A stretch of DNA of 64,000 nucleotides from an uncultured delta proteobacterium (GTDB lineage: Bacteria > Myxococcota > Myxococcia > Myxococcales > Myxococcaceae). Made by a program: the position numbers and the translations under genes. Below, in pieces: positions 10,744 through 20,038 of this stretch. Below the pieces are notes generated by a model that was not told where the DNA came from, ran no database searches, and saw only the letters and a list, made by a program, of their open reading frames with translations. The stretch covers positions 320,001-384,000 of the forward strand of contig CAWCKH010000003.1 in NCBI GenBank assembly GCA_963796055.1. The letters run 5' to 3'. Within the stretch, counting starts at the first letter, position 1. Each line of letters begins with the position of its first letter.

Positions 10744-11096
10744 ACTGTCCTCCCCTGGCGATGCCTCCCAGCGGCGCGAAATGCTCCGCCGGGGCTAAGC
10801 ACCACGCACAGGACGCCTGACCCCATTGGAATGCAAGAGTAAGCGGGCTACACCTGCATCGTGGTGATAGCTCTCTCCGGGAAATCAGCTGAACCGGGAT
10901 TCGCGACTTATTCGACCTCGCAGCCGAACAGCGGCTCACGGGAGCCCGAACTCCAGCACCTGGCGCACCAGCTCGGCCACCGGGATGCCCCGCGAGGCGG
11001 CCGTGCGCCGAAGCCGCTTCGACAGCGCTGGCGTCAGCCGCAGGTGCCCGAACGCCTCGAACTCCTCGCCGGGCCCGTACGGGCGGATGGGCGTCA

Positions 11097-11241
11097 GCCA
11101 GCGCTCCAGCGCGATCACCATCGCGTCCTGCGCGAGCTCCTCGGCGCGCCCCACGTCGCGCATCACGCGCGCGAGCCGCGCGACGAGCTTGGGCAGCTCG
11201 ATGCGAAAGATCGCGGAATTCGTGTGCGCGGCGTCGCTCAA
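11097..11241 (-). pseudogene. ECF42 sigma factor N-terminal fragment
   Basis: AIFRIELPKLVARLARVMRDVGRAEELAQDAMVIALERW (sigma region 2) directly follows the YCII gene 2 stop, then similarity ends. Confidence 0.75.
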
Positions 11242-11666
11242 TGCTTGCGCTGCTCGAGGGCCTTCTGCTCGAGGGCCTTCTTCGCGGCCACTCGCTCGGG
11301 GCTCACCGGCAGATCCTCGAGCTCCAGGATCTGCCGGATCTCGACCTCGACGTGCTCGCCCGGGTGCACCTCGGTCGAGAACGGAATCCGCTTGGCCCAC
11401 TCGACGGCCTCTTCCTTCGATCGAACCTGGATGATCCAGTAGCCGCCGATCAGCTCCTTGGCCTCGGCGAACGGCCCGTCGATCACGGTGCGCTTGGTGC
11501 CGCTGAACTCCACGCGCACGCCCTGGGCGGTCGGCGCGAGGCCGTTGAGGTCGAGCAGCATGCCGGCGCGCTGCAGCTCGTCGTTGTAACGCCCCATCGC
11601 TTCGAACTGGGCGGGGTCGGGCAGGCCGGTGTACGCGGGGGGCTTGACGATCATCATGAAACGCAT
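11238..11666 (-). CDS. YciI/YCII (DGPF-domain) protein
   Basis: AAGGAG RBS, then MRFMMIVK...YNDELQRAG...VIDGPFAEAKELIGGYW...VEIRQI. Confidence 0.9.
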   Translation of the reverse strand: MRFMMIVKPPAYTGLPDPAQFEAMGRYNDELQRAGMLLDLNGLAPTAQGVRVEFSGTKRTVIDGPFAEAKELIGGYWIIQVRSKEEAVEWAKRIPFSTEVHPGEHVEVEIRQILELEDLPVSPERVAAKKALEQKALEQRKH

Positions 11667-11699
11667 CGCGGTCTCCTTGGTGGGTGTGTACATCGAGGC

Positions 11700-11726
11700 G
11701 ACGAACGACCCGTCCGCGGATCGACA
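11700..11726 (-). promoter_or_regulatory. ECF42-type promoter upstream of YCII gene 2
   Basis: The minus strand reads TGTCGATCCGCGGACGGGTCGTTCGTC, i.e. TGTCGA-N17-CGTC. Confidence 0.75.
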
Positions 11727-12167
11727 CGTGCGCGAAAAAGAGATTTCGCCATGCGACTTCAGCGGGTTACGGCGCGCTGCGATGGATCACGCGCTGCGTC
11801 CGGCGGTGACGCAGGAAGCGAACAGCGCGGTGAACGCGAGCAACCCGACGACGATCGTGGCCGTGAGCCATGCACGCTGGGTGAACGCGCACGACTCCTT
11901 GACCGCGAGCAGCAGCGCGCCGAGCGCGACCAGCATCCAGCCCGTGCTGGTACCGCGGCGGCGGATACTGCGGCGCGCCCTTCTTCATCCCAACCCGCTC
12001 ATCTCGACCCCCAAGGGCAAGGCTCTTCCCGCGACCGGGAAGCGGCCGTGGACCTCATCAGACGGCGCAGACGGGCCGCTGGGCACGCTGCCCCCTCCCC
12101 CGCTCGGTCTACGCGACAGCGACGCCGCGCTTCGTCTGATGGTGCGTCTGATGGAAGGGGAAAGACG

Positions 12168-12192
12168 AAAAGCCCCGTAACTTCAGGGGCTT
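12168..12192 (-). terminator. Intrinsic terminator-like hairpin after the displaced tRNA 3' end
   Basis: Minus strand AAGCCCC-N9-GGGGCTTTT. Confidence 0.65.
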
Positions 12193-12217
12193 CGAGGAGC
12201 GGGAAAAGGGATTTGAA
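12191..12217 (-). repeat. attR: 27-bp duplicate of the tRNA-Gly 3' end
   Basis: TTCGAGGAGCGGGAAAAGGGATTTGAA is identical to 25239-25265. Confidence 0.92.
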
Positions 12218-12345
12218 ACATGACGGGGCGCTGCGTACCACCAACAGAGTCGCGGGCTTCCACTCGCAACTCCCCGTACTCCTTACCTATCACTCCACTC
12301 CCGTCCATTCGTTTCCACCCCAGCCCGGCCAACTCCGGGCACGTC

Positions 12346-12367
12346 GTGGGCAACAGGTGGGCAACAG
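12346..12367 (+). promoter_or_regulatory. Putative integrase arm-type sites (GTGGGCAACAG x2)
   Basis: Tandem 11-bp repeat. The same GGGCAAC doublet with 11-bp period occurs at 25179-25196. Confidence 0.65.
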
Positions 12368-12419
12368 ACCGCATCCCCGGCGTGCGGCGTCCCTTCTCCG
12401 GTCAGCGATCGAGGCCTGC

Positions 12420-14102
12420 TCATGCCGACGCCCGGGGCACATCCGATCTCGCCTGCAACTCCTCCATCTTCTCGGGAAGCGCCTTCCTCAAGGCCTCGAA
12501 GTCGGTGAAGACGTCCGACTCGGGGACGACCGCCGGGATGACTTGTAGTGCCTTCAAGAGATCCAGCTGGGCCACCGGGACGCCCACCAGCAGCACGCGC
12601 ACCCCGGCCGTGGTCAGTCTTCCGAGCGCATCCTCCAGCGCATAGACCCCCGTCTGGTCCATGAAGGAGATGCGATCCATCCGCAGGACCAGGAGCTTGC
12701 TCGAGGTTGCCTGACTGGTGATGTCGAGGAACTGGCTCGCGAAGCCGAAGAACAGCGGCCCCTCGACGTGCTTGATCAAGAGCTTGCTCCGGATCGCTTC
12801 CGGGATGCCCAGCTCGTCGCCCCAGGGCTCGTCAGCCACCTGGCTGAGGGTCGTCTGCCGGGCGGCGACGTCGCTCACCTTCTTCACGAACACGAACGAC
12901 GCCACGATGAGGCCGGCGACCACCGCGACGATCAGGTCGGTGAACACCGTTAGCACCAGCACCAAGAGCATCAGAAACGCATCGGCCCGCGGCACCTTCG
13001 AGAGATGACCGAACCCGCGGGCGTCGATGATCCCCATCCCGACCGTCACCAGCAGGCCAGCGAGCACCGCGCTGGGAATGTACTGAACGAGACCCGACAG
13101 ACCGAGCAGCACGGCGGCAAGGAACAGACCGTGGATCACGCCCGAGAGGCGGGTCTTTCCGCCGGCATTCACGTTGACCACCGTGCGCATCGTGGCACCC
13201 GCGCCGGGAATGCCGCCGATCAGCCCGGCCGCCATGTTTCCCACCCCCTGGCCGAGGAGTTCACGGTTGCTGTCGTGCCGGGTCCGGGTCAGGTTGTCGG
13301 CGACCAGCGAGGTCAGCAGCGAGTCGATGGCCCCCAGCAGGGCGAGCTCGACCGCGAAGGGCAGCATCGCTGGAAGCTGCCGAGGGTCGAGCGATGGAAG
13401 CACCAGCCCCGGCAGCCCAGACGGGATCTCGCCGATTCTTGGAACGTCGAGCTTCAGCAACGCTGCCACGGCCGTCAGCGTCACCAGCGCGACCAGCGAG
13501 GCCGGCACCGCCTTGGTGAGCCGCGGCAGGAGATAGACCATCGCCACGGTCGCCGCCGAGAGGGCGATGGCACTCCAGTTGACGTTGCCACGGAGCAGAT
13601 GCAGCCGCCGGAGGATCGACCACGGGTCCGAGGCAGGCGGGGCCATGCCCAGGAACGGGAACACTTGCTGGACGATGATGATCACTCCGATGCCGCTCAT
13701 GAACCCGGAGATGACCGGGTACGGGACGTAGCGGATGTAGCCGCCCATCCGGCAGACGCCCAGGGCGAGCTGGAACAGACCGGCGAGGAGGAACACCCCG
13801 ACCAGCCAGCGAGTGTCCGCCGCGCCGGAAGGGAGGGTGTGCGCCGCCACCATCCCCGCGACGACCAGGGTCATCGGTCCCGTCGGGCCGGTGATCTGCA
13901 CCGGCGTGCCTCCCAGCAAGGCCGCGATGATGCCCGTGGCGATGGCTCCGTAGAGTCCCGCCGCTGGTCCCAGCCCCGAGGCCACCCCGAAGGCGAGAGC
14001 GAGCGGAAGTGCCACCACGCCCGCGGCGATGCCGCCGAAGAGGTCGCCGCGCAGGGCATTCCATGACCAGGTGGGGGTACGGCGTTCCGCAGTCACGCTC
14101 AT
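12420..14102 (-). CDS. SulP/SLC26 anion (probably bicarbonate) transporter with STAS domain
   Basis: GDLFGGIAAGVVALPLALAFG, GPTGPM, DSNRELLGQG, GATMRT, GPLFFG...MDQTG. ATGA overlap with the carbonic anhydrase stop. Confidence 0.93.
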   Translation of the reverse strand: MSVTAERRTPTWSWNALRGDLFGGIAAGVVALPLALAFGVASGLGPAAGLYGAIATGIIAALLGGTPVQITGPTGPMTLVVAGMVAAHTLPSGAADTRWLVGVFLLAGLFQLALGVCRMGGYIRYVPYPVISGFMSGIGVIIIVQQVFPFLGMAPPASDPWSILRRLHLLRGNVNWSAIALSAATVAMVYLLPRLTKAVPASLVALVTLTAVAALLKLDVPRIGEIPSGLPGLVLPSLDPRQLPAMLPFAVELALLGAIDSLLTSLVADNLTRTRHDSNRELLGQGVGNMAAGLIGGIPGAGATMRTVVNVNAGGKTRLSGVIHGLFLAAVLLGLSGLVQYIPSAVLAGLLVTVGMGIIDARGFGHLSKVPRADAFLMLLVLVLTVFTDLIVAVVAGLIVASFVFVKKVSDVAARQTTLSQVADEPWGDELGIPEAIRSKLLIKHVEGPLFFGFASQFLDITSQATSSKLLVLRMDRISFMDQTGVYALEDALGRLTTAGVRVLLVGVPVAQLDLLKALQVIPAVVPESDVFTDFEALRKALPEKMEELQARSDVPRASA

Positions 14103-14722
14103 CGCTTCACGTCCAGGAACCGGACCACTCCGGTCGAGAGGTCCGCGACCGCACCCACCAGCTTCAACACTCCCTCAGCCTGCCTCGTCTTGCCCTCCGG
14201 AGATTCGAGGATCTGCCGGAGGCTCCACCGGACGTTCGCCTCGACACCGGCGTGAAGCTGCTCGTCGGGCGGGAGCTCGGGCGGGACGCCTTCCAGGCCG
14301 GGGCGGATGCTTTCCAGGAGGACCTCGATCCTGCTCTGCACCCGGGCACGCTGGAACTTGGCCGCCAGCGCGGCCTGGACTGCGCCGCAGCCCTCGTGTC
14401 CGAGAACGACGAAGAGCGGTGTCTGCAGATGCACGGCCGCGTACTGGAGGGTTCCCGCCACCTCGGCCGAGACGACGTTCCCGGCGAGGCGCACCACGAA
14501 CAGCTCGCCGAACCCGGCGTCGAACAGGAGCTCCGGGGGCACCCGTGAGTCGCTGCATCCGAGGATGGTCGTGGAGGGTCGCTGTTCCTTCGCCAGTGCG
14601 GCCAGGACCGTCTTGCACGTCCTGGGAAAGTGGGCTCTCCCGCGCACGAAGCGCGCATTGCCGGCGCGAAGCCGCTCCAGGGCCTCGCTCGCAGGGTCTG
14701 AGCTCGGGGAGCGCTGGGCCAC
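14099..14722 (-). CDS. Beta-class carbonic anhydrase
   Basis: Zn ligands in CSDSRV and HEGCGA, plus ALERLRAGNARF and LFVVRLAGN. Confidence 0.93.
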   Translation of the reverse strand: MAQRSPSSDPASEALERLRAGNARFVRGRAHFPRTCKTVLAALAKEQRPSTTILGCSDSRVPPELLFDAGFGELFVVRLAGNVVSAEVAGTLQYAAVHLQTPLFVVLGHEGCGAVQAALAAKFQRARVQSRIEVLLESIRPGLEGVPPELPPDEQLHAGVEANVRWSLRQILESPEGKTRQAEGVLKLVGAVADLSTGVVRFLDVKR

Positions 14723-14732
14723 GGGGCGCCCC

Positions 14733-16673
14733 TCAGCGCTTTGGCGTGTACCAGATGGGGGAGGTGTAGGCCCTCTCCTGGAGGCTCATGGGGGTCTTCG
14801 GGTCGGGCTTCACCCCGTAGAACTTGGCGTCGTACGCGGTCCAGCGGGGAGTCGGGATCTCGATCACCCTCCCGTAATAGAAGGCAGGCTGCTTCGGGTC
14901 GAAGTCCGGGTCCTTCCACACGGCGATCAGCTCGGGGCTGCCGATGGTGTTGGTCCAGGTTGCCTCCGCCACATCGACGGTGTTGCCCACCGGGGGAAGC
15001 TTCCCGGTCTTCGGATCCGGCTTCCGGTCGCCCGACCAGGCCACGTCGTAGATCCGCTCCTGCACCTTCCCGGACTTGTCGACCCAGCCCTTGATGATCT
15101 GGTAGCGGTCCAGGTTGGCCCCGATGGGGTCCCTGAGGGCGGCGACCAGGAAGGTGGGAGCCTTGCCCTGGGGAGCCGCGGCGAGATCACCTCCCATCGG
15201 CACGCCCTTGGAGTAGCCGACGTCCGCCGGGAGGCGGGACTTCGCATCGGCCGGGGCGAAGTCCCAGCCGCCGAAGAAGCGGACCAGCATGCGGGGCCCA
15301 GTGGTGGCGTACGTCTCCCGCCGCTGCATCGCATCGAACAGCGACTCGCGGGTGTTGTCCGTGGCCCAGACCGCTGCGTAACCCGAGGCCGAGTTCTCCC
15401 AGTCCATGATCGTCACGCCCGTCTGGGGATTCCGGACGAAGACCTTGGTCACGCGCTCTCGCTCCGGCTCCATGGAGGACATCTTTCCGAAGAAGTTGTC
15501 CTCGTCGGCCGTGGCCAGACCAGTATGCGAGTCGGTGCTGCCGATGAGCCCGAACTTGTACGGATTCGTCCCCAGCTTCGTACCGAGCAGCAGGCCGTTC
15601 TTCAGCGCCGAGCGGGCGTACTCGAACTCGAGCATCTCGGGCTTCTTGGCCTCGGTGAGGTCGAGGTTGCCCTTGTCCCAGCGCTCGAAGTTCGCGAACT
15701 CGTCGTTCGGTGACAGAAAGGGATGCGCCTCACCGTCACCTTTGATCTGGGTGACCTCGTAGAGCCGTTCCCAGCGGGCTCGCCGCTCGGCGTATCCGCG
15801 ATCGATCTTCTTCCCGAACGCTTCCACGATCGGGAACATCCGCCCGTTGGAGAGGTTCCCGTTGTGGGCGATCGCCAGCACTTCTCCGCCGGTCTTTGCC
15901 TCGTAGTCCGTCATCCACTTCCAGAGGTCCTCGGGGTTGTCGCTGCCGAGGGGCTTCTGCGTGGTGAAGGGCTCCACGCGGCTGGCGCGCTCGCCCCCGT
16001 CACGGAAGATGACGTTCCGGTGGAGGTTGTTCCCTCCAGTGTTGGAGGTCCACTCGTAGCCGATGAAGGCCGTGAAGCGACCGGGGGCGTTGGCCTCCTC
16101 GGCAGCCTTGATCGTCTCCGACCAGGCGCCCCGGTACGCAGGCGTCCCGGGGGTCGGCAGGAGGCCAGGGGTGATCTTCCCCGCGCCGAAGCTGGTGATG
16201 ATCTCCACCGCCGCCGTGGCTCCCTGACCCGAGTGGATCATCTCGTTCCACCGACGGCCCTGCGGATAGGACAGCACGCTCGGGTCCCCCCCGATCAGCA
16301 GCGGAAAGAAGCCCATTCCATCGGAGTGATCGGCCACCACCAGGAAGTCGAGCGGCCGCGAGAGCTTCACCGGCTGGCCGGTCGAGGAGGTGACCTCCCG
16401 CCCCTTGGCGAAGACGTACGCGTCCCGGGGCCCGAGACGCGCTCCGAAGGCGCCGGCGTCCATCGAGTACGAGGTGTGCAGGTGGGTGTCCCCGAAGAAC
16501 GGGCGAACCGGAAAGTTGCGCCCAGCGTAGGGCGAGTAGGTGGCTCGCTTCGGGAATGCACGCTCGGCCGACGCGGAATCCAGGGTCCCGGTGTCCTGGG
16601 CCAACCCGGGCACGGAAGCAATCAGCGGCAGGACCGGCAGGGCGCGGAGAGCGAAACGGACTAGGGGATTCAC
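14733..16673 (-). CDS. DUF3604-family secreted PHP-like metallohydrolase
   Basis: Signal peptide after GTG 16673. FGDTHLHTSYSMDA, LDFLVVADH, GYEWTS, NLHRNV, HNGNLSNG, GSTDSHTG, QERAYTSPIWY. Confidence 0.88.
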   Translation of the reverse strand: MNPLVRFALRALPVLPLIASVPGLAQDTGTLDSASAERAFPKRATYSPYAGRNFPVRPFFGDTHLHTSYSMDAGAFGARLGPRDAYVFAKGREVTSSTGQPVKLSRPLDFLVVADHSDGMGFFPLLIGGDPSVLSYPQGRRWNEMIHSGQGATAAVEIITSFGAGKITPGLLPTPGTPAYRGAWSETIKAAEEANAPGRFTAFIGYEWTSNTGGNNLHRNVIFRDGGERASRVEPFTTQKPLGSDNPEDLWKWMTDYEAKTGGEVLAIAHNGNLSNGRMFPIVEAFGKKIDRGYAERRARWERLYEVTQIKGDGEAHPFLSPNDEFANFERWDKGNLDLTEAKKPEMLEFEYARSALKNGLLLGTKLGTNPYKFGLIGSTDSHTGLATADEDNFFGKMSSMEPERERVTKVFVRNPQTGVTIMDWENSASGYAAVWATDNTRESLFDAMQRRETYATTGPRMLVRFFGGWDFAPADAKSRLPADVGYSKGVPMGGDLAAAPQGKAPTFLVAALRDPIGANLDRYQIIKGWVDKSGKVQERIYDVAWSGDRKPDPKTGKLPPVGNTVDVAEATWTNTIGSPELIAVWKDPDFDPKQPAFYYGRVIEIPTPRWTAYDAKFYGVKPDPKTPMSLQERAYTSPIWYTPKR

Positions 16674-16693
16674 GCAGACGCTCGATTCTCGGA

Positions 16694-17683
16694 TCACCGG
16701 TCGGAGAACCCGGCGACGCGCTGGAGGAGGAGGAACATCGCGACACTTCCGATGATGTACGGCACCAGCGTGGCGCTCGAGCGTGGCAGCCAGAGCCGTA
16801 CCTTCGCGGTCGCTCGGAGCACCAGGACGACTGTGGCGACGAAGCTCAGCTGCCCGAGCTCGACGCCAAGGTTGAAGAACAGGAGCGCCAGCGGGAGGCG
16901 GCCCTGCGGCAATCCGATTTCCGCGAGGCCGCTGGCGAAGCCCAGGCCGTGCAAGAGTCCGAAGACGAAGGCCACCACCCAGGGCCAGCGAGCGGCCACC
17001 CCGGCATTTCCGCTGCTCCCGCGGACGATCTCCGCGGCCACAAAGGCGATGGAGAGGGCAATCACCGCCTCCACCGGGGGCTGGGGGACGTGCACCCAGC
17101 CGAGCGTCGCGGCGGCGAGGGTGATGCTGTGGGCGACCGTGAAGGCGGTGATGGTGCCCAGAAGCCGGGTGCCGGAGCGGGTGAGGATCAGGAGCGCCAC
17201 CACGAACAAGAGGTGGTCGACTCCGGTGAGGATGTGCTCCACGCCGAGACGGAGATAGAGCCCGGCGACCGCGCTGCCCGACGGTCGAGCGGGGATGACC
17301 GACTCCGGGCGGCTCGGGGTCAGGCGCTCGTTCCACTCCGCCCCATCGACGAACTGAACCCGGACCAGGGCGTCGGTCATCGTGCCCTCGAGTCCCGACA
17401 CCCGGACGCTCTCGCCCCGGAGCGTTCTCGCGCGGATGGACCAGGTCTGCACCGCGGCGCCCGGCACGCGTCGGGTGAGCACCGGTGAGGTCGCGGTCAC
17501 GCCCGCCGAGAACTCGGGGGCCAGCGCCAGCCGCAGGTCGCCCTGCATCGGCGTCTTCCACAGCACCCGGAACTCGCTAGGCGGCCCCTCGCGCAGCTCG
17601 AGGTACGCAGGTCGCGACTCGTGGCCGAGCGCAGCCAGCGGACAGAGGAGCAGGATGAGGACCGGCAGAGGAGGATGCCTCAT
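16694..17683 (-). CDS. HupE/UreJ-family membrane protein (putative Ni/Co permease) with N-terminal soluble domain
   Basis: Signal peptide then HESRPAY. LGVEHILTGVDHLLF, TAFTVAHSITL, FGLLHGLGFA, FNLGVELGQ. Confidence 0.88.
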   Translation of the reverse strand: MRHPPLPVLILLLCPLAALGHESRPAYLELREGPPSEFRVLWKTPMQGDLRLALAPEFSAGVTATSPVLTRRVPGAAVQTWSIRARTLRGESVRVSGLEGTMTDALVRVQFVDGAEWNERLTPSRPESVIPARPSGSAVAGLYLRLGVEHILTGVDHLLFVVALLILTRSGTRLLGTITAFTVAHSITLAAATLGWVHVPQPPVEAVIALSIAFVAAEIVRGSSGNAGVAARWPWVVAFVFGLLHGLGFASGLAEIGLPQGRLPLALLFFNLGVELGQLSFVATVVLVLRATAKVRLWLPRSSATLVPYIIGSVAMFLLLQRVAGFSDR

Positions 17684-18591
17684 GGCACCCCGGTCCGGGT
17701 GGAGGGCGCGACGCTCACCGGGCCGACCAGCTGCCGGACGGTGTCGTCGAGCACCACCCCGTACTTCTTTCCCAGCTCGGCCAGGTAACGTGCCTCGCGC
17801 TCACGACCTCGCTCGGTTCTCCAGAGCGTAACGAGCTCGCCGCGGGCCTCGGTGAGTGTGCGCTGTCGGGGCCCGGTGGCCGCGGCCACGCGCACCAGAT
17901 GTTGCCCATAGGGGCTGGCGACGGGACCACTCCACGTGTCGACCTCGAGGAGGAAGACCTGGCGGGCGAACTCGGGGCCGAAGCTTGCCTCCACCGTTCG
18001 CTGGTCCGCGTCCCGCAGCTCTTCGGGGAGGAGCTGCGGATCGCCTCGGATTGCGCTCGGCTCGGAGCCTTCGAGGAGCTCCTGGAGCGCGTGGGCCGCG
18101 TCGCGGCGGGCGTCGCGGCGTGAGGAGCTAAAGACGATCTGGGTGAACAATCTGCGCGCCTCTGCGCTGAAGCGCTCCGGGTGCTCGGTGTAGAGGCGCT
18201 GGAGCTCGCTCTCCGGCGGGTCCTCGTTCTCTGCGCCATCGCGGAGAACGAACTCGAGCTTCTGAGCCAGTCGGCGCCGGACGATCACGTCCTCCTCGTC
18301 CAGTCGCATGTCCCGCGCGGCCCGGGCGAGCAGCTCCTCGCGGACCAGGTCGGTCACGAGACCACGCAGCTCTTCGCGCGTGGGATCGCGGCGCCACTGC
18401 CGCGACCAGGTCTCCGTGAGCCAGCGGACCTCGCCTGCGCCGATCACGACGGGGCTCGCTGCCTCGGGCTGGGCGCGCCCCCGGGCCAGCAGCGCGTATG
18501 CGCCGAATAGCAGGGCTCCGATGACCAGGAAGTGCCCCAGGGGATCGCGTAGCACACGCCGAAGTGCATTCCCGGGCGCCGGACGCGTCAT
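17680..18591 (-). CDS. Membrane-anchored PpiC/rotamase-type peptidyl-prolyl isomerase
   Basis: LRDPLGHFLVIGALLF, IVRRRLAQKLEF, FGPEFA, WSGPVASPYGQHLV. ATGA overlap with hupE. Confidence 0.82.
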   Translation of the reverse strand: MTRPAPGNALRRVLRDPLGHFLVIGALLFGAYALLARGRAQPEAASPVVIGAGEVRWLTETWSRQWRRDPTREELRGLVTDLVREELLARAARDMRLDEEDVIVRRRLAQKLEFVLRDGAENEDPPESELQRLYTEHPERFSAEARRLFTQIVFSSSRRDARRDAAHALQELLEGSEPSAIRGDPQLLPEELRDADQRTVEASFGPEFARQVFLLEVDTWSGPVASPYGQHLVRVAAATGPRQRTLTEARGELVTLWRTERGREREARYLAELGKKYGVVLDDTVRQLVGPVSVAPSTRTGVP

Positions 18592-18904
18592 GGGTGGGCG
18601 ATGGTAACCGAAGCCCGCAGGGCCGTCGCGGGCCGGGAGCTCCGTGGAGGCGGTGCCTGAGGACCGCCCCGGTTCGTGTCGCCCACCGGCGCCCTGGCTC
18701 TGGCCCTTCGGTGTTGCAGAAACTCCTCTTGAGTTTCGCTCGACCGGTGAACCCAACGCCCCGACGGTCGACTCTTCCCCCCATCGCCGAGGAAGTCCAC
18801 ATGCGCTCTTCGATTCTAGGTTGTACGCCAGAGCTGCGATGGATGTGGGAGAAAGGCCTTCCGGCGAGACGGTTCGAGCGTCTTGCCCAGGAGGACCATC
18901 CACC

Positions 18905-19957
18905 ATGATGCCCCACGCCTTGCTGGTTGCCCTGCTCGCTCTCCTGACGGTCGCGTCGACGGCCGCGGCGGACGAGCAGGACACCACGTCGACGACCGTA
19001 CCCGCCGACGCTCCCACCACGGCGGCCCCATCCGCCCGGACGCCAGAAGGGGAGCCGCTCGTGCCACGAGAGGCTGACGCACCCCCACGCCGGGTCCTCA
19101 ACGGGCACATCTTCATGCCCTCCGCGGCGGTCCCGGGGGCACTGACCACGACGAGCTTCGCCGCGTACCTGGTCACGGTGTACGGGAAGACGTCGGGCTC
19201 GGCCCAGATCGGCGACCAGCTGTACAGCGGCAACTTCGACTACGCCGGCGTGGGCGCCGTCCTCGGCTACGAGTACGCCTTCCTCGACTACTTCTCGGCG
19301 CGGTTGCAGATCACCGAGTTGGTGTACTCGGGCATCAACGGGTCGTCGGCGCTGGTGATCGGAACGTCGGTGCAGACCGCTGGCAAAATCGGCGTCACCG
19401 CCAGCCTGCCGATCGGAGACTCGCTCAAGCTGGCCCTCCTCGTCGACGGCGGCATCGGACCCGGCCTCGCGCTCACCATCGGGAGCGGGATCAACAGCAT
19501 CATCAAGGGCTGCCAGCAGGGAAACTGCAACGCCGGCACTGGAGAGATCTTCCAAACGCAGAACTCGTTCACCTTCCAGCCCGCGATCGCGATGAACTGG
19601 GCGCCGTGGCGTCCGTTCGGCGTCACCGCGAACCTCTCGTATGCCTTCGTCACCCAGAACCTGAACGCTGGGAGCGTCAGCGGCCATGCCTTCGGCCTGG
19701 GCGTGGCGCTCGACTTCGACTTCTACGCCATCTCCAACGTCCCGATCGGCCTGCAGGCGGTCTTCACCTGGACGGCGCCGACCAGCGGCACGTTCCTCCA
19801 GCACGTGAGCGACCTGGGCGGCGGCATCTTCTACACCGGACGGCCGCACCTGGCGCTCGGGCTCCAGATCGTCGCGCGGCGGTTCAAGGTCCAACCCGGC
19901 GTCGACGTGAGCTGGAGCACCTGGCTCGCGACCGTCGGGCTCCGCTACTACTGGTGA
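18905..19957 (+). CDS. Secreted protein, probable outer-membrane beta-barrel
   Basis: GGAGG RBS, signal peptide (…TAAA-D), alternating amphipathic strands, C-terminal GLRYYW. Confidence 0.7.
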   Translation: MMPHALLVALLALLTVASTAAADEQDTTSTTVPADAPTTAAPSARTPEGEPLVPREADAPPRRVLNGHIFMPSAAVPGALTTTSFAAYLVTVYGKTSGSAQIGDQLYSGNFDYAGVGAVLGYEYAFLDYFSARLQITELVYSGINGSSALVIGTSVQTAGKIGVTASLPIGDSLKLALLVDGGIGPGLALTIGSGINSIIKGCQQGNCNAGTGEIFQTQNSFTFQPAIAMNWAPWRPFGVTANLSYAFVTQNLNAGSVSGHAFGLGVALDFDFYAISNVPIGLQAVFTWTAPTSGTFLQHVSDLGGGIFYTGRPHLALGLQIVARRFKVQPGVDVSWSTWLATVGLRYYW

Positions 19958-20038
19958 GACGGAGGGCGTCAGCGCGGGTCACCCCCCCGGCCGGAAGTCG
20001 GCCGCGCTCCCTACGCCTCCATCCTTCCCACGCTCACT

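Noticed and set aside
10936..11090. CopG/RHH-like fragment (HLRLTPALSKRLRRTAASRGIPVAELVRQVL)
   Set aside because: A plausible relic fused to the sigma fragment, but too short and without its own start to call.
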